64,000 nucleotides of DNA from Minisyncoccia bacterium (GTDB taxonomy: Bacteria > Patescibacteriota > Minisyncoccia > Phycocordibacterales > Phycocordibacteraceae), in the NCBI GenBank assembly GCA_041485695.1, contig JBGPJZ010000001.1, positions 44,697-108,696 of the forward strand, read 5' to 3'. Below the pieces are notes generated by a model. It had not been told where the DNA came from. It did no database searches and saw only the letters and a program-made list of their open reading frames with translations. Every line of letters starts with the position of its first letter. The stretch's first letter is position 1. Below, piece by piece: positions 19,492 to 28,374 of this stretch. The translations under genes and the position numbers were made by a program.

Positions 19492-20241
19492 ATGGCCGAC
19501 AAGGATTATGAATCACGAATGGAGGAGACTCCCGTAGAAATAGAGTTCGGCGGGGTGTTTGCCGGGCTCGGAATCGGACGCAGGCTGATTACGCTCATTG
19601 ACCAGGGTTATTCGCGTCATACGATTGCGCGAACGTTGCGGCTAGAGTTCAAGGCCGATGTCAGTTCGAATGCAGTCGCGGGTGCACGCAGGCGGCTACA
19701 GATGCATCGGGCGCGGATGGAAGGCCAACCAGAAAAAGTTGAAGTCAAGCGCGCGTTGCCCTTTGACTGGGGCCAACCACTACGGAATCAGGACTGCATG
19801 GCATCAGAACGCCTGCGTGAACTGGTTGCGAGGCCAGAAAGCTATTCGGCCAAGCAAATCGCGCTTTTTCTCCGGACGGCGGGTTGCGCCGGCCTCACTG
19901 AACAAGAAGTGATGAGGCAGGTCACGCGCACGGGGCTCAGGCTTAAAGGCCGGGGTAAGCACCAAGACTCCAAGCCTCGAGCAGTGGCACCGGCGTTGCC
20001 AGCCGAAACGAAGCCTGCGCCCGCCAAGGCAGAGCCGCATTCGGAGGATGTCATGGCTAAGGAGGGCGAAAAGAGCTGCCAATGGCCCATCGGCGACCCG
20101 GCCGACAAAGACTTTCATTCTTGCCCCTACAAGGCAAAACCGGGGAAGCCGTATTGCGAGAAGCACTGCCGGAAAGCTTATGAGCCCCAGCCTCGGCAAC
20201 GACGCCAACATCAGCAACTTCGTTCGGCGCGGATTCACTGA
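19492..20241 (+). CDS. GcrA-family cell-cycle-regulator-like protein
   Basis: C-terminal CQWPIGDPADKDFHSCPYKAKPGKPYCEKHCRKAY matches the GcrA signature C.WP.GDP...F.FCG...PYC..H...AY. N-terminal HTH SRHTIARTL...SSNAVAGARRRL. AAGGGGG SD before the ATG at 19492. Confidence 0.75.
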   Translation: MADKDYESRMEETPVEIEFGGVFAGLGIGRRLITLIDQGYSRHTIARTLRLEFKADVSSNAVAGARRRLQMHRARMEGQPEKVEVKRALPFDWGQPLRNQDCMASERLRELVARPESYSAKQIALFLRTAGCAGLTEQEVMRQVTRTGLRLKGRGKHQDSKPRAVAPALPAETKPAPAKAEPHSEDVMAKEGEKSCQWPIGDPADKDFHSCPYKAKPGKPYCEKHCRKAYEPQPRQRRQHQQLRSARIH

Positions 20242-20271
20242 GAAGGATTCTCACAAACGTTATTGGTTATT

Positions 20272-20312
20272 GCGGCGCCCTCGGCTTCGTCGGGGCGCCG
20301 CTTTTCTTTTTT
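20272..20312 (+). terminator. Rho-independent terminator of the gcrA-like gene
   Basis: gcggcgccc...gggcgccgc 9-bp stem followed by TTTTCTTTTTT. Confidence 0.75.
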
Positions 20313-20313
20313 G

Positions 20314-20356
20314 TGCCAAAAATGCAAAACGCGCCCCCAGAGGGGGCGCGTTTTGC
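20314..20356 (-). terminator. Rho-independent terminator of the RRM protein gene
   Basis: 15-bp stem gcaaaacgcgccccc/gggggcgcgttttgc with a U-run on the minus strand. Confidence 0.7.
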
Positions 20357-20373
20357 ATGCGAGAGCTTGGGGA

Positions 20374-20745
20374 CTAATATCCGCCGCGGCCGTAGCCGCC
20401 GCCTCCACCACCACCGAAACCACCACCACCGCGACCACCTCCGAAGCCGCCGCCGTTGCTGCGGGGAGGGCGCTCACCTTGCGGGCGAGCGAACGAGACA
20501 GAGAGCGTACGCCCGTCCATCTCCTTGCCGTCCCAACGATCAATCGCCGCTTGAGCCTCCGCCTCAGTGCCCATTTCGACGAAACCGAATCCGCGCGAGC
20601 GGCCGGTCATACGATCGCTGATAATGCTCGCTGAAACGACTGTGCCAGCCTCTTCAAAGGTCTTGCGCAGGTCATCTTCAGTCGAGCGATAGGGGATACC
20701 GCCTACGTAAAGCTTGTTCCCCTGTACACTTGCTGCTTGATCCAT
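20374..20745 (-). CDS. RRM-type RNA-binding protein with Gly/Arg-rich C-terminus
   Basis: RNP-2 LYVGGIPY and RNP-1 RGFGFVEM motifs. GGGFGGGRGGGG tail. Confidence 0.9.
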   Translation of the reverse strand: MDQAASVQGNKLYVGGIPYRSTEDDLRKTFEEAGTVVSASIISDRMTGRSRGFGFVEMGTEAEAQAAIDRWDGKEMDGRTLSVSFARPQGERPPRSNGGGFGGGRGGGGFGGGGGGGYGRGGY

Positions 20746-20754
20746 TCTAGTGAA

Positions 20755-20768
20755 CTTAACCGGTTAAG
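20755..20768. promoter_or_regulatory. Perfect 14-bp palindrome cttaaccggttaag about 10 nt upstream of the RRM gene start
   Basis: Self-complementary sequence in the divergent intergenic region between the RRM gene and 20916..21185. Confidence 0.3.
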
Positions 20769-20915
20769 CTCGCCGATACTGCCGCTCTTTGACGCCTGCC
20801 GGCCGACATGGCTGGCTTGCGCGCCGACTAGCTCTGATACTTGCGAGTAGCAGCAATATGACAGAAAGTTGAGGACTACGCAAGAGTCTATCCCCACCTT
20901 TGTTATACTAGCCGT

Positions 20916-21185
20916 ATGTCTATCCAGGGTTTTCTCTTGAAGCAATACGCCAATTGGAAGTTAAAAAAACTCCCGCCCGCGCAGCGCGAACAGATGGTAA
21001 GCATGGTGGGGAAGGATCCAGAGCTTTTTAAAAAAATCGGCGAAGAAATCGAGAAGCGTAAGAAGGGAGGCGAGAACGAGACCCGCGCCTCTATCGAGGT
21101 GATGAAAAAATATCGTGCAGAATTGGCCGGCCTCATGCCCGACCGACCGAATGGCTTCGGCCGTTCGGGCCGGCAACATCGATGA
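20916..21185 (+). CDS. Small hypothetical protein (89 aa)
   Basis: ATG 6 nt downstream of TATACT. ATGA overlap with the next gene. Confidence 0.45.
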   Translation: MSIQGFLLKQYANWKLKKLPPAQREQMVSMVGKDPELFKKIGEEIEKRKKGGENETRASIEVMKKYRAELAGLMPDRPNGFGRSGRQHR

Positions 21186-21688
21186 ACGCTTTACTTTTCA
21201 GCTTTGCTCTCCTGCAAGCCGTCGGCAGCGTCGTCGGCGCCGGCGGCGCAGTCTTTGCAGAGATCTTCTATCTGCGCGCCATTCAAGACGGCACCATCGA
21301 CGACGCCGAGCGCGCGCATCTGCGCATCGTCGCGAATGCGCTACGGTGGGGCATGCTCATCCTCTTGGTCGGCTCCATCGGCCTCGTGCTGACCGATTTT
21401 ATCTATGACGTGCCCGTACAGCCGGCGCTTACGCATGCGTACTGGATAGAGATGGGTCTCGCGTTCGCAATCATCTTCTTTTCCTGGGCGCTCTCGCGCC
21501 GCCGCGTCGGCTTCATCGTGAGCTCGGCCGCGGTCTTCGCCGGCTGGTGGTTCATGGCGCTCCTCGTCTTCGGCCGCCTGCCCTATATCACCTTCGGTGC
21601 GGCCGCCGCGCTCTATGTCGTCACGACTGCCGTCATCGCCGCACTCCTTTTTTACGTGAGAATATTCATCGTCAAACCTGCCGTATGA
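21182..21688 (+). CDS. Hypothetical integral membrane protein (4-5 TM)
   Basis: Hydrophobic helices. Overlaps its neighbours by 4 bp. Confidence 0.55.
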   Translation: MNALLFSFALLQAVGSVVGAGGAVFAEIFYLRAIQDGTIDDAERAHLRIVANALRWGMLILLVGSIGLVLTDFIYDVPVQPALTHAYWIEMGLAFAIIFFSWALSRRRVGFIVSSAAVFAGWWFMALLVFGRLPYITFGAAAALYVVTTAVIAALLFYVRIFIVKPAV

Positions 21689-22254
21689 AAATCTTCATAT
21701 TGCTCGGGCATACCGACCGCGAGACGCTTTCAGGCGCGATGGCCGATACCTATGAAAAAGCGGCACAAGCCGTGGGGCACGAGGTGCGCCGCATGAACAT
21801 CGGCGAGATGCAGTTCGACCCCGTCCTCCATAGGGGCTACAAAGTCATCCAAGACCTCGAGCCAGACTTGAAGACGTTTCTCGATAACGTGAAGTGGTGC
21901 GAGCATTTCGTCCTCGTCTACCCTATATGGTGGAGCGAGATGCCGGCGAAGCTGAAAGGCCTCTTCGACCGCGCCTGGCTCCCGGGGATCTGCTTCAAAT
22001 TCGCCGACCATGGGCTCACGTGGGAGAAGCGCCTCAAAGGCCGCACGGGGCGCCTCATCACGAGCGCCAACTCCTCGCCCTGGATGATTTATTTCATGTA
22101 TGGGCCCGTCACGAACGTCGTCTCTTCGGCAATCCTCGGCTTCGCCGGCGTCCGTACCCGCACCACCATCTTCGGCCCCTCCGAACGTGCTTCTGCTCGG
22201 AAGCATCAGCGCTGGATGCAGAAGGTTGAGAGACTTGGACGCCGCGGCGCCTAG
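21685..22254 (+). CDS. Flavodoxin-like fold NAD(P)H-dependent oxidoreductase (Flavodoxin_2 / MdaB-KefF-like)
   Basis: MKIFILLGHTDRETLSGAMADTY...VLVYPIWWSEMPAKLKGLFDR is typical of NAD(P)H dehydrogenase (quinone) family proteins. Confidence 0.7.
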   Translation: MKIFILLGHTDRETLSGAMADTYEKAAQAVGHEVRRMNIGEMQFDPVLHRGYKVIQDLEPDLKTFLDNVKWCEHFVLVYPIWWSEMPAKLKGLFDRAWLPGICFKFADHGLTWEKRLKGRTGRLITSANSSPWMIYFMYGPVTNVVSSAILGFAGVRTRTTIFGPSERASARKHQRWMQKVERLGRRGA

Positions 22255-22270
22255 CCTGTAAGGTGCGAGC

Positions 22271-23368
22271 ATGCTGAAAATCGGGATTGTCGGGTTACCG
22301 AACGTGGGGAAGTCCACGCTTTTTAATGCACTCACGAAGCAAAGCGTCTTGGCGGCCAATTACCCCTTCGCGACGATTGACCCGAATGTGGGCGTCGTCG
22401 GCGTGCCCGACCCGCGTCTCGATAAGCTCGCGAAGCTCTCGCAAAGCGAGCAGGTGATACCCGCAGCAATCGAGTTTGTTGATATCGCGGGCTTGGTGAA
22501 GGGCGCCTCAGAAGGCGCCGGACTCGGCAACCAATTCCTCTCTCACATACGCGAGTGCGACGCGATACTCGAGGTCGTGCGGTTTTTCGATGACCCTGAC
22601 GTCATCCACGTCGATAACACCATCGACCCCGCCAAAGATATCGAAGTTATCAATCTCGAGCTTGTTTTGGCCGATACCGAGCAAGTGCAGGATCGTCGCG
22701 AGCGCATCGAAGGAGACATCAAGTCGGGCGATAAGAAGGTCGTAGCTGAAGAGGCGGCGCTTGCCAAACTCGAGCAGGCATTCGCTGCGGGCAAACTCGC
22801 GCTCCATGCCGGGCTCACGCTTGAAGAAATGGCACTCGTAAAACACCTCGATTTGCTCACGATGAAGCCGATTTTGTATGCTTTGAATCGCAAGAGCGGC
22901 GGGCACAACATCGACGAACAGAAAGACGGCCGAGCTGAACGAGCGTACGAACTCATCATCTCGTTCGGTAGCGAGTACGTACTCGTCGATGCTGCAACCG
23001 AGCAAGAGTTAAACGACGTTTCTGATACCGATCGGCAGAGCTTTCGGCAGGAGCTCGGCGTGCATGATGATGGGCTTGCAGAGCTTATCCGTGGCGCGTA
23101 CACGACGCTCGGACTCATTTCATTCTTTACGACCGGCCCTAAAGAGACGCGTGCGTGGACCATTCTGAAAGGCTCTACTGCCCCGCAGGCAGGAGCTGCG
23201 ATACACACCGACTTCAAGGATAAATTCATCCGCGCCGAAGTCGTCTCCACCCCTGACCTCCTCGCCGCCGACTCGTATGCTGCCGCCCGCGAAGCGGCCA
23301 AGGTCCGCACGGAGGGAAAAGATTACGTCGTCAAGGACGGCGACGTCATGCTTTTTCTGCACTCCTAA
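22271..23368 (+). CDS. ychF: Ribosome-binding ATPase YchF
   Basis: GIVGLPNVGKSTLFNALT P-loop and TGS domain. TAAGGT 6 nt before the ATG. Confidence 0.93.
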   Translation: MLKIGIVGLPNVGKSTLFNALTKQSVLAANYPFATIDPNVGVVGVPDPRLDKLAKLSQSEQVIPAAIEFVDIAGLVKGASEGAGLGNQFLSHIRECDAILEVVRFFDDPDVIHVDNTIDPAKDIEVINLELVLADTEQVQDRRERIEGDIKSGDKKVVAEEAALAKLEQAFAAGKLALHAGLTLEEMALVKHLDLLTMKPILYALNRKSGGHNIDEQKDGRAERAYELIISFGSEYVLVDAATEQELNDVSDTDRQSFRQELGVHDDGLAELIRGAYTTLGLISFFTTGPKETRAWTILKGSTAPQAGAAIHTDFKDKFIRAEVVSTPDLLAADSYAAAREAAKVRTEGKDYVVKDGDVMLFLHS

Positions 23369-23421
23369 GGAGCCCTTTCGGGGTAGTTAGGATACTTGGT
23401 TTTGTGGTATAATCCACCCCT

Positions 23422-24372
23422 ATGGATAAACCAAAAATAACGCCCAAGGATTTCTTTCTATGGTTCGCCGCGATGGCCTTTCTCTACGCGAGCGTGTTCG
23501 CGTTCATCTCGCTCATTTTCAGCTACCTCGACTACGCGTATCCCGACGCGCTCCAATATTATTCAGGCGACCCCTATTCGGGGGGTATCAGTTACGAGAT
23601 GGCGTCCTTAATCGTCCTCTTTCCGCTCTTCCTTATCCTGATGCGTGTCATCCACCGCTCAATCGAGGTTGACCCGACGAGAAGGGAGGTGTGGGTGCGT
23701 CGCTGGGCTCTCTACCTCGTTCTCTTCGTCGCCGGCGTCACGGTCGCTGCCGACCTCATCACGCTCATCATGTACTTCTTCAACGGCGACGTGACGCTCC
23801 GCTTCGCGCTCAAGGTGCTCGTCATCCTCCTCGTCGCCGGCGCGGGTTTCGTGCACTTTCTCTCCGACTTGCGCGACTACTGGCAGAAGAATCCGGAGAA
23901 ATCGCACATCGTGGGGTACGCGACAGGCGCCCTCGTCATCATCGCCATCGTCGCTGGCTTCTTCATCGTCGGCACTCCGTGGCAGGCGCGGCTTTACCGC
24001 TTTGACGACCAGAAGATAGGCGACCTACAGAACATTCAGTCGCAGATCGTCTCATATTGGCAGGCGAAGCAAGTGCTCCCGGGGAGCCTCTCTGACCTCA
24101 CGAACAACATCTCCGGATTCATGGCGCCTGTTGACCCGCAAACCGGCGCGTCCTACGACTACGCGGTCAAAGGCCAGACGGCCTTCGAGCTCTGCGCTTC
24201 ATTCAATGCCAAGACCCAGCCGGGTTCGCTCTACGGCCGCGCAGCTCCCATGGCTATCAGTTACCCGGTGAAGTCGGGCGGGAACGACGTGTGGCAACAC
24301 GCAAGCGGCCGCGTCTGTTTCGAACGGACGATAGACCCGAAACTCTACCCGCCATACCCGAAGCCGCTCTAG
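23422..24372 (+). CDS. DUF5671-like membrane protein (4 TM N-terminal + extracellular C-terminal domain)
   Basis: Architecture and sequence resemble the CPR-enriched DUF5671 family. Extended -10 TGgTATAAT 8 nt before the ATG. Confidence 0.55.
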   Translation: MDKPKITPKDFFLWFAAMAFLYASVFAFISLIFSYLDYAYPDALQYYSGDPYSGGISYEMASLIVLFPLFLILMRVIHRSIEVDPTRREVWVRRWALYLVLFVAGVTVAADLITLIMYFFNGDVTLRFALKVLVILLVAGAGFVHFLSDLRDYWQKNPEKSHIVGYATGALVIIAIVAGFFIVGTPWQARLYRFDDQKIGDLQNIQSQIVSYWQAKQVLPGSLSDLTNNISGFMAPVDPQTGASYDYAVKGQTAFELCASFNAKTQPGSLYGRAAPMAISYPVKSGGNDVWQHASGRVCFERTIDPKLYPPYPKPL

Positions 24373-24384
24373 ACGTGCGCTCTC

Positions 24385-27204
24385 ATGCGGACGTATGACC
24401 ACCAAGAGATAGAGAAGCGCGCCCAAGAGAAATGGGCCTCGCTCGGCTTATATCAAGCAGACCTCGAAGACGATTCGAAAGACCCGTACTACCTCCTCAC
24501 CGAATTCCCCTACCCATCGGGCGACCTCCACATCGGGCACTGGTACGCGTTTGCGGTCACCGATATCTTCGCGCGAGTGAAGCGCATGAAGGGGGAGAAT
24601 GTCTTCTTTCCCATCGGGTTCGATGCGTTCGGCCTCCCGGCCGAGAACGCCGCCATCAAGAACAAGCTCGACCCTAAGGAGTGGACGTACAAGAACATGG
24701 AGCGGATGCGCGAACAGCTTCGCTCGATGGGCGCCTCGTTTGACTGGAGCAAAGAGGTCGTTACCTGCGAGCCTTCGTATTACAAATGGACGCAGTGGCT
24801 CTTCGTGAAGCTCATGGAGCACGGCCTCGCGTATCGCGCCGAGGCCTCAGTGAAGTGGTGCCCCAAAGACCAGACCGTGCTCGCGAACGAGCAGGTCGTC
24901 GACGGCTGCTGCGAACGCTGCGGCACGCCAGTCGAAGAGAAGTGGCTCACGCAATGGTTCCTCAAGATTACCGACTACGCCGAGCGCCTGCTTAAAGACC
25001 TCGAGCCTTTGCCGTGGCGCGAAGAGATCAAGGAGGCCCAGCGCGCGTGGGTAGGCAAGAGCGAGGGCGCGCACATCTCATTTACGATTTCTGGCCGAGA
25101 CGAGAAGGTCAAAGTCTTTACGACGCGGCCTGATACGCTTTTCGGCGCGACCTATTTGGTCCTTGCGCCCGAATACCCGCTCGTTTCACCACTCCTGACA
25201 AGCGTTTCGAATAAGAAAGAAGCCGAGAAGTATATCGATGCGACGAAAAAGAAGACGGAACGAGAGCGTTCCGAGAATAAGGAGAAGACCGGGGTGAAAC
25301 TCGAGGGTGTGAGAGCCATCAATCCGGCCAACCAAGAAGAAATCCCTGTGTACATCGCTGATTACGTCCTCGCCTCATATGGCACAGGCGCGGTGATGGC
25401 GGTGCCCGCTCACGACGAACGCGACTTCGCATTCGCGAAGAAATTTGATTTGCCCATTAGAACGGTCGTAGTCCCCAGACTTGTCGATGACCGGAACCCG
25501 CATATCGAAGGGAAAGAATTGGTGCACCGGAAGATAATCCTCGGCATCGTCAGGAATCCGAAGAACGGTAAATTCCTAGCACTTACATGGAAGAAACAGC
25601 CGTGGACGACGTTCGTCGTAGGGGGTATCGAAGAAGGCGAATCGCCTGAGCAAGCGGCTCGACGCGAAATCGAAGAAGAGACAGGGTATAAGAACCTGAG
25701 ATTCATAAAGGTGCTCGGTGACCCTATTCAGACAGAATTTTATGCGGCGCACAAGGACTTCAATCGTGTGGCGCTCGATTGGCCAGTGCTTTTCGAGCTC
25801 GAGGATGAAGAAAAGAGCGAAGTGAGCGACGAGGAGAAAGACAAGCACGAACCGACGTGGGTTAAGCGCAACGAGCTGACGCGCGAGCGTTTTGAGCATA
25901 TCGAACTCGATATCGTACTCGACCGCATGGACAATGGAGAGAGGGCATATACCGGAGCCGGCGTCCTTATCGCGTCAGGCGGATTCGATGGTAAAGAGAG
26001 CGAAGAGGCGAAATGGGAGATTGTGAAGGCAGTCGGGGGAGAGAGGACGACGAACTACCGCCTGCGCGATTGGCTCGTCTCACGCCAGCGATACTGGGGC
26101 TGCCCGATACCGGTCGTGTATGACCCGGAGGGGGCGCCGCACGCCGTGCCGCCCGAACACCTGCCGTGGCTCCTGCCGACCGATGTCGATTTCGCTCCGC
26201 ACGGGGAGGCGCCGCTCGCATCATCAAAGGAGCTCAAAAAGCGCGTCGAGAAGCTTTTCGGCAAAGGCTGGACGCCCGAATACGACACTCTCGATACGTT
26301 CGTCGACTCCTCATGGTATTTCTTGCGGTATCTCGACCCGAAAGATGAAAACGATTTCAGCGATAAGGGCCTCATGAAAAAGTGGCTCCCCGTCGACCGC
26401 TATTCGGGCGGGAGCGAGCACACGACCATGCACCTCCTCTACGCGCGTTTCTTTCATAAAGCGCTCTCTGACCTTGCACTCGTGCCTACGGCGGAACCGT
26501 TCAACGAACGCTTCAACCGCGGGCTCATCCTCGGGTCAGACGGGCAAAAGATGAGCAAGAGCAAAGGGAATGTCCTCAACCCCGACGAATTCGTGCAAAA
26601 GTACGGCGCCGACGCCGTGCGCCTCTACCTCGCCTTCATCGGGCCCTACAACGAGCCCGGTAGCTACCCCTGGAGTCTCGACGGGGTCGCGGCGATGCGC
26701 AAATTCATCGATCGCGTCGTACGCATGGTCGAGACTGCTACAGGAACTACCAACGTAGATTCAGAGTTCATAGCCGGGAAGGTGAAAATAGATACCGAGC
26801 GTTTTAAATTCAATACTGCAATTGCTGCACTCATGTCTCATCTTAATCTTTGCGAAAAATCTAAACCCGTATCAATAAAAACTGCAAGAGAATTTATTAT
26901 CTTGCTTGCGCCCTTCGCTCCGCATTTGGCTGAGCATCTTTGGGAGCAAATCAACGGGGAGGGGAGTGTTCACCAAGCTTCATGGCCTGTTGTGAACGAA
27001 GAGATACTCGGATTTTTCAACGGGGAAATTGCGGTGCAAGTCAACGGCAAAAAACGCGGCTCGATTACGCTCTCCGCTGATGCGACAGAAGCGGATGCAG
27101 TCGCTCTTGCGCGGAACATTGCTAGCGTACGCACCGCGCTCGGCGGAAAAGAGCCCCAACGAGTCGTCTATCGGCCCGGGAAGATTCTGAACCTCGTCAT
27201 TTGA
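24385..27204 (+). CDS. leuS: Leucine--tRNA ligase carrying a nested NUDIX hydrolase domain
   Basis: HIGH (LHIGHWYAF), CP1 editing motifs (TRPDTLFGATY, GTGAVMAVPAHDERDFAFA), NYRLRDWLVSRQRYWGCPIP and KMSKSKGN. Extra segment aa about 363-520 with Nudix box GGIEEGESPEQAARREIEEETGY. Confidence 0.95.
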   Translation: MRTYDHQEIEKRAQEKWASLGLYQADLEDDSKDPYYLLTEFPYPSGDLHIGHWYAFAVTDIFARVKRMKGENVFFPIGFDAFGLPAENAAIKNKLDPKEWTYKNMERMREQLRSMGASFDWSKEVVTCEPSYYKWTQWLFVKLMEHGLAYRAEASVKWCPKDQTVLANEQVVDGCCERCGTPVEEKWLTQWFLKITDYAERLLKDLEPLPWREEIKEAQRAWVGKSEGAHISFTISGRDEKVKVFTTRPDTLFGATYLVLAPEYPLVSPLLTSVSNKKEAEKYIDATKKKTERERSENKEKTGVKLEGVRAINPANQEEIPVYIADYVLASYGTGAVMAVPAHDERDFAFAKKFDLPIRTVVVPRLVDDRNPHIEGKELVHRKIILGIVRNPKNGKFLALTWKKQPWTTFVVGGIEEGESPEQAARREIEEETGYKNLRFIKVLGDPIQTEFYAAHKDFNRVALDWPVLFELEDEEKSEVSDEEKDKHEPTWVKRNELTRERFEHIELDIVLDRMDNGERAYTGAGVLIASGGFDGKESEEAKWEIVKAVGGERTTNYRLRDWLVSRQRYWGCPIPVVYDPEGAPHAVPPEHLPWLLPTDVDFAPHGEAPLASSKELKKRVEKLFGKGWTPEYDTLDTFVDSSWYFLRYLDPKDENDFSDKGLMKKWLPVDRYSGGSEHTTMHLLYARFFHKALSDLALVPTAEPFNERFNRGLILGSDGQKMSKSKGNVLNPDEFVQKYGADAVRLYLAFIGPYNEPGSYPWSLDGVAAMRKFIDRVVRMVETATGTTNVDSEFIAGKVKIDTERFKFNTAIAALMSHLNLCEKSKPVSIKTAREFIILLAPFAPHLAEHLWEQINGEGSVHQASWPVVNEEILGFFNGEIAVQVNGKKRGSITLSADATEADAVALARNIASVRTALGGKEPQRVVYRPGKILNLVI
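25471..25944 (+). other. Nested NUDIX hydrolase domain inside the LeuS CP1/editing region
   Basis: Perfect GX5EX7REUXEEXGU motif. About 135-aa Nudix-fold-sized insert between ...LPIRTVV and GAGVLIASGGFDG...NYRLRDW. Locally lower GC. Confidence 0.75.
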
Positions 27205-27243
27205 CTCGAACCCGGGGGGGTGATATAAATACACCACACGAAT

Positions 27244-28308
27244 ATGGCAAAGAAAGCGAGCCCCCATAAGCACTCGGACGGAGCCGCGCTCTCTTTTGAC
27301 AGCGCGGTACTTGTCAAACGCCTCCTTGCCGAGGTGCCTGAGCGCGCACGCGACGTCCTCGTCCGCCGTTTCGGCCTCGGTGCAACGCCGCTCCGCGAGA
27401 CTTTGGAGGCTATCGGCGACCGCTCCTCGATTACCCGAGAGCGCGTCCGCCAGATCGAGGCGGCAGGCCTTGAGGCAGTGCAAGCGAGCAAAGCCTTCCG
27501 CGATGCCGAGCCCGCCTTCGAGGAGCTCCGCAAAGAGGTCGTCAGGCTCGGCAGTATCGTCCATGAAGACGAGCTCCTTTCGCATTTTGCAAAAGACGAG
27601 AAGAGCCGCAACCGCTTCCGCTTCCTTCTTGTCGTTGGGAGCGCCTTCTACCGCGAACGCGAGACGGATGATTTCTATGCACGCTGGCACGTTGACCACG
27701 AGACCGCGAAGGCGGTTCATGGGGCGCTCTCCCGGCTCTACTCCTCGCTTGATGACAACGACGTCCTCGCTGAAGACGCGCTGATGGACCGCTTCCTTGA
27801 CGAGCTCAAGGACATCAACGAGGCGTACAAGAACGAGGAAATCTTGAAGCGCTGGCTCACCCTCTCGAAGAATATCGGCAAAAATCCGCTTGCGGAGTGG
27901 GGCAGGGTGACTGCGCCCGCCATCCGCACTAAAGGTATCCGTGATTATGCGTATCTCGCCATCAAGCGTCACGGCAAGCCGATGCATTTCTCTGAAGTTG
28001 CTCGCGCCATCGGCACCCTCTTCTCGAAGAAGGCGCATGTTGCGACTACCCATAATGAGCTCATCAAGGATCCGCGCTTTGTCCTCGTTGGCCGCGGCCT
28101 CTACGCGCTCTCCGAATGGGGCTATACGCCGGGCGTCGTGCGCGACGTCATTCGCGAGGTCCTCTCGAAAGAGGGCCCTTTGAAGAAAGACGATGTCATC
28201 AAGCACGTGAAGAAGGCGCGCTTCGTCAAAGACAACACTATTTTGGTAAACTTAAACGACAGCCGCTACTTTAAGCGTCTCAAAGACGGCCGCTACGCAG
28301 CTGCATAA
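27244..28308 (+). CDS. Sigma-70 region-4 HTH + C-terminal HARE-HTH (RpoE delta-subunit-like winged helix) domain protein
   Basis: ERARDVLVRRFGLGATPLRETLEAIGDRSSITRERVRQIEAAGL (sigma region 4). C-terminal PMHFSEVARAI...THNELIKDPRFVLVGRGLYALSEWGY (HARE-HTH pattern). Confidence 0.65.
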   Translation: MAKKASPHKHSDGAALSFDSAVLVKRLLAEVPERARDVLVRRFGLGATPLRETLEAIGDRSSITRERVRQIEAAGLEAVQASKAFRDAEPAFEELRKEVVRLGSIVHEDELLSHFAKDEKSRNRFRFLLVVGSAFYRERETDDFYARWHVDHETAKAVHGALSRLYSSLDDNDVLAEDALMDRFLDELKDINEAYKNEEILKRWLTLSKNIGKNPLAEWGRVTAPAIRTKGIRDYAYLAIKRHGKPMHFSEVARAIGTLFSKKAHVATTHNELIKDPRFVLVGRGLYALSEWGYTPGVVRDVIREVLSKEGPLKKDDVIKHVKKARFVKDNTILVNLNDSRYFKRLKDGRYAAA

Positions 28309-28322
28309 GCGAGTCCAGGTAA

Positions 28323-28358
28323 GAAAAAACGCGCTCCCGCCTTAGGGGCGCGTTTTTT
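28323..28358 (+). terminator. Rho-independent terminator
   Basis: acgcgc(t)ccc...ggggcgcgt stem followed by TTTTTT. Confidence 0.65.
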
Positions 28359-28374
28359 CTGTTACAATTACCGC

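Noticed and set aside
26980-28206. 408-aa minus-strand ORF
   Set aside because: Lies antisense across the 3' end of leuS and most of the sigma-region-4/HARE-HTH gene. Typical long spurious antisense ORF of high-GC DNA, with no RBS or motif.
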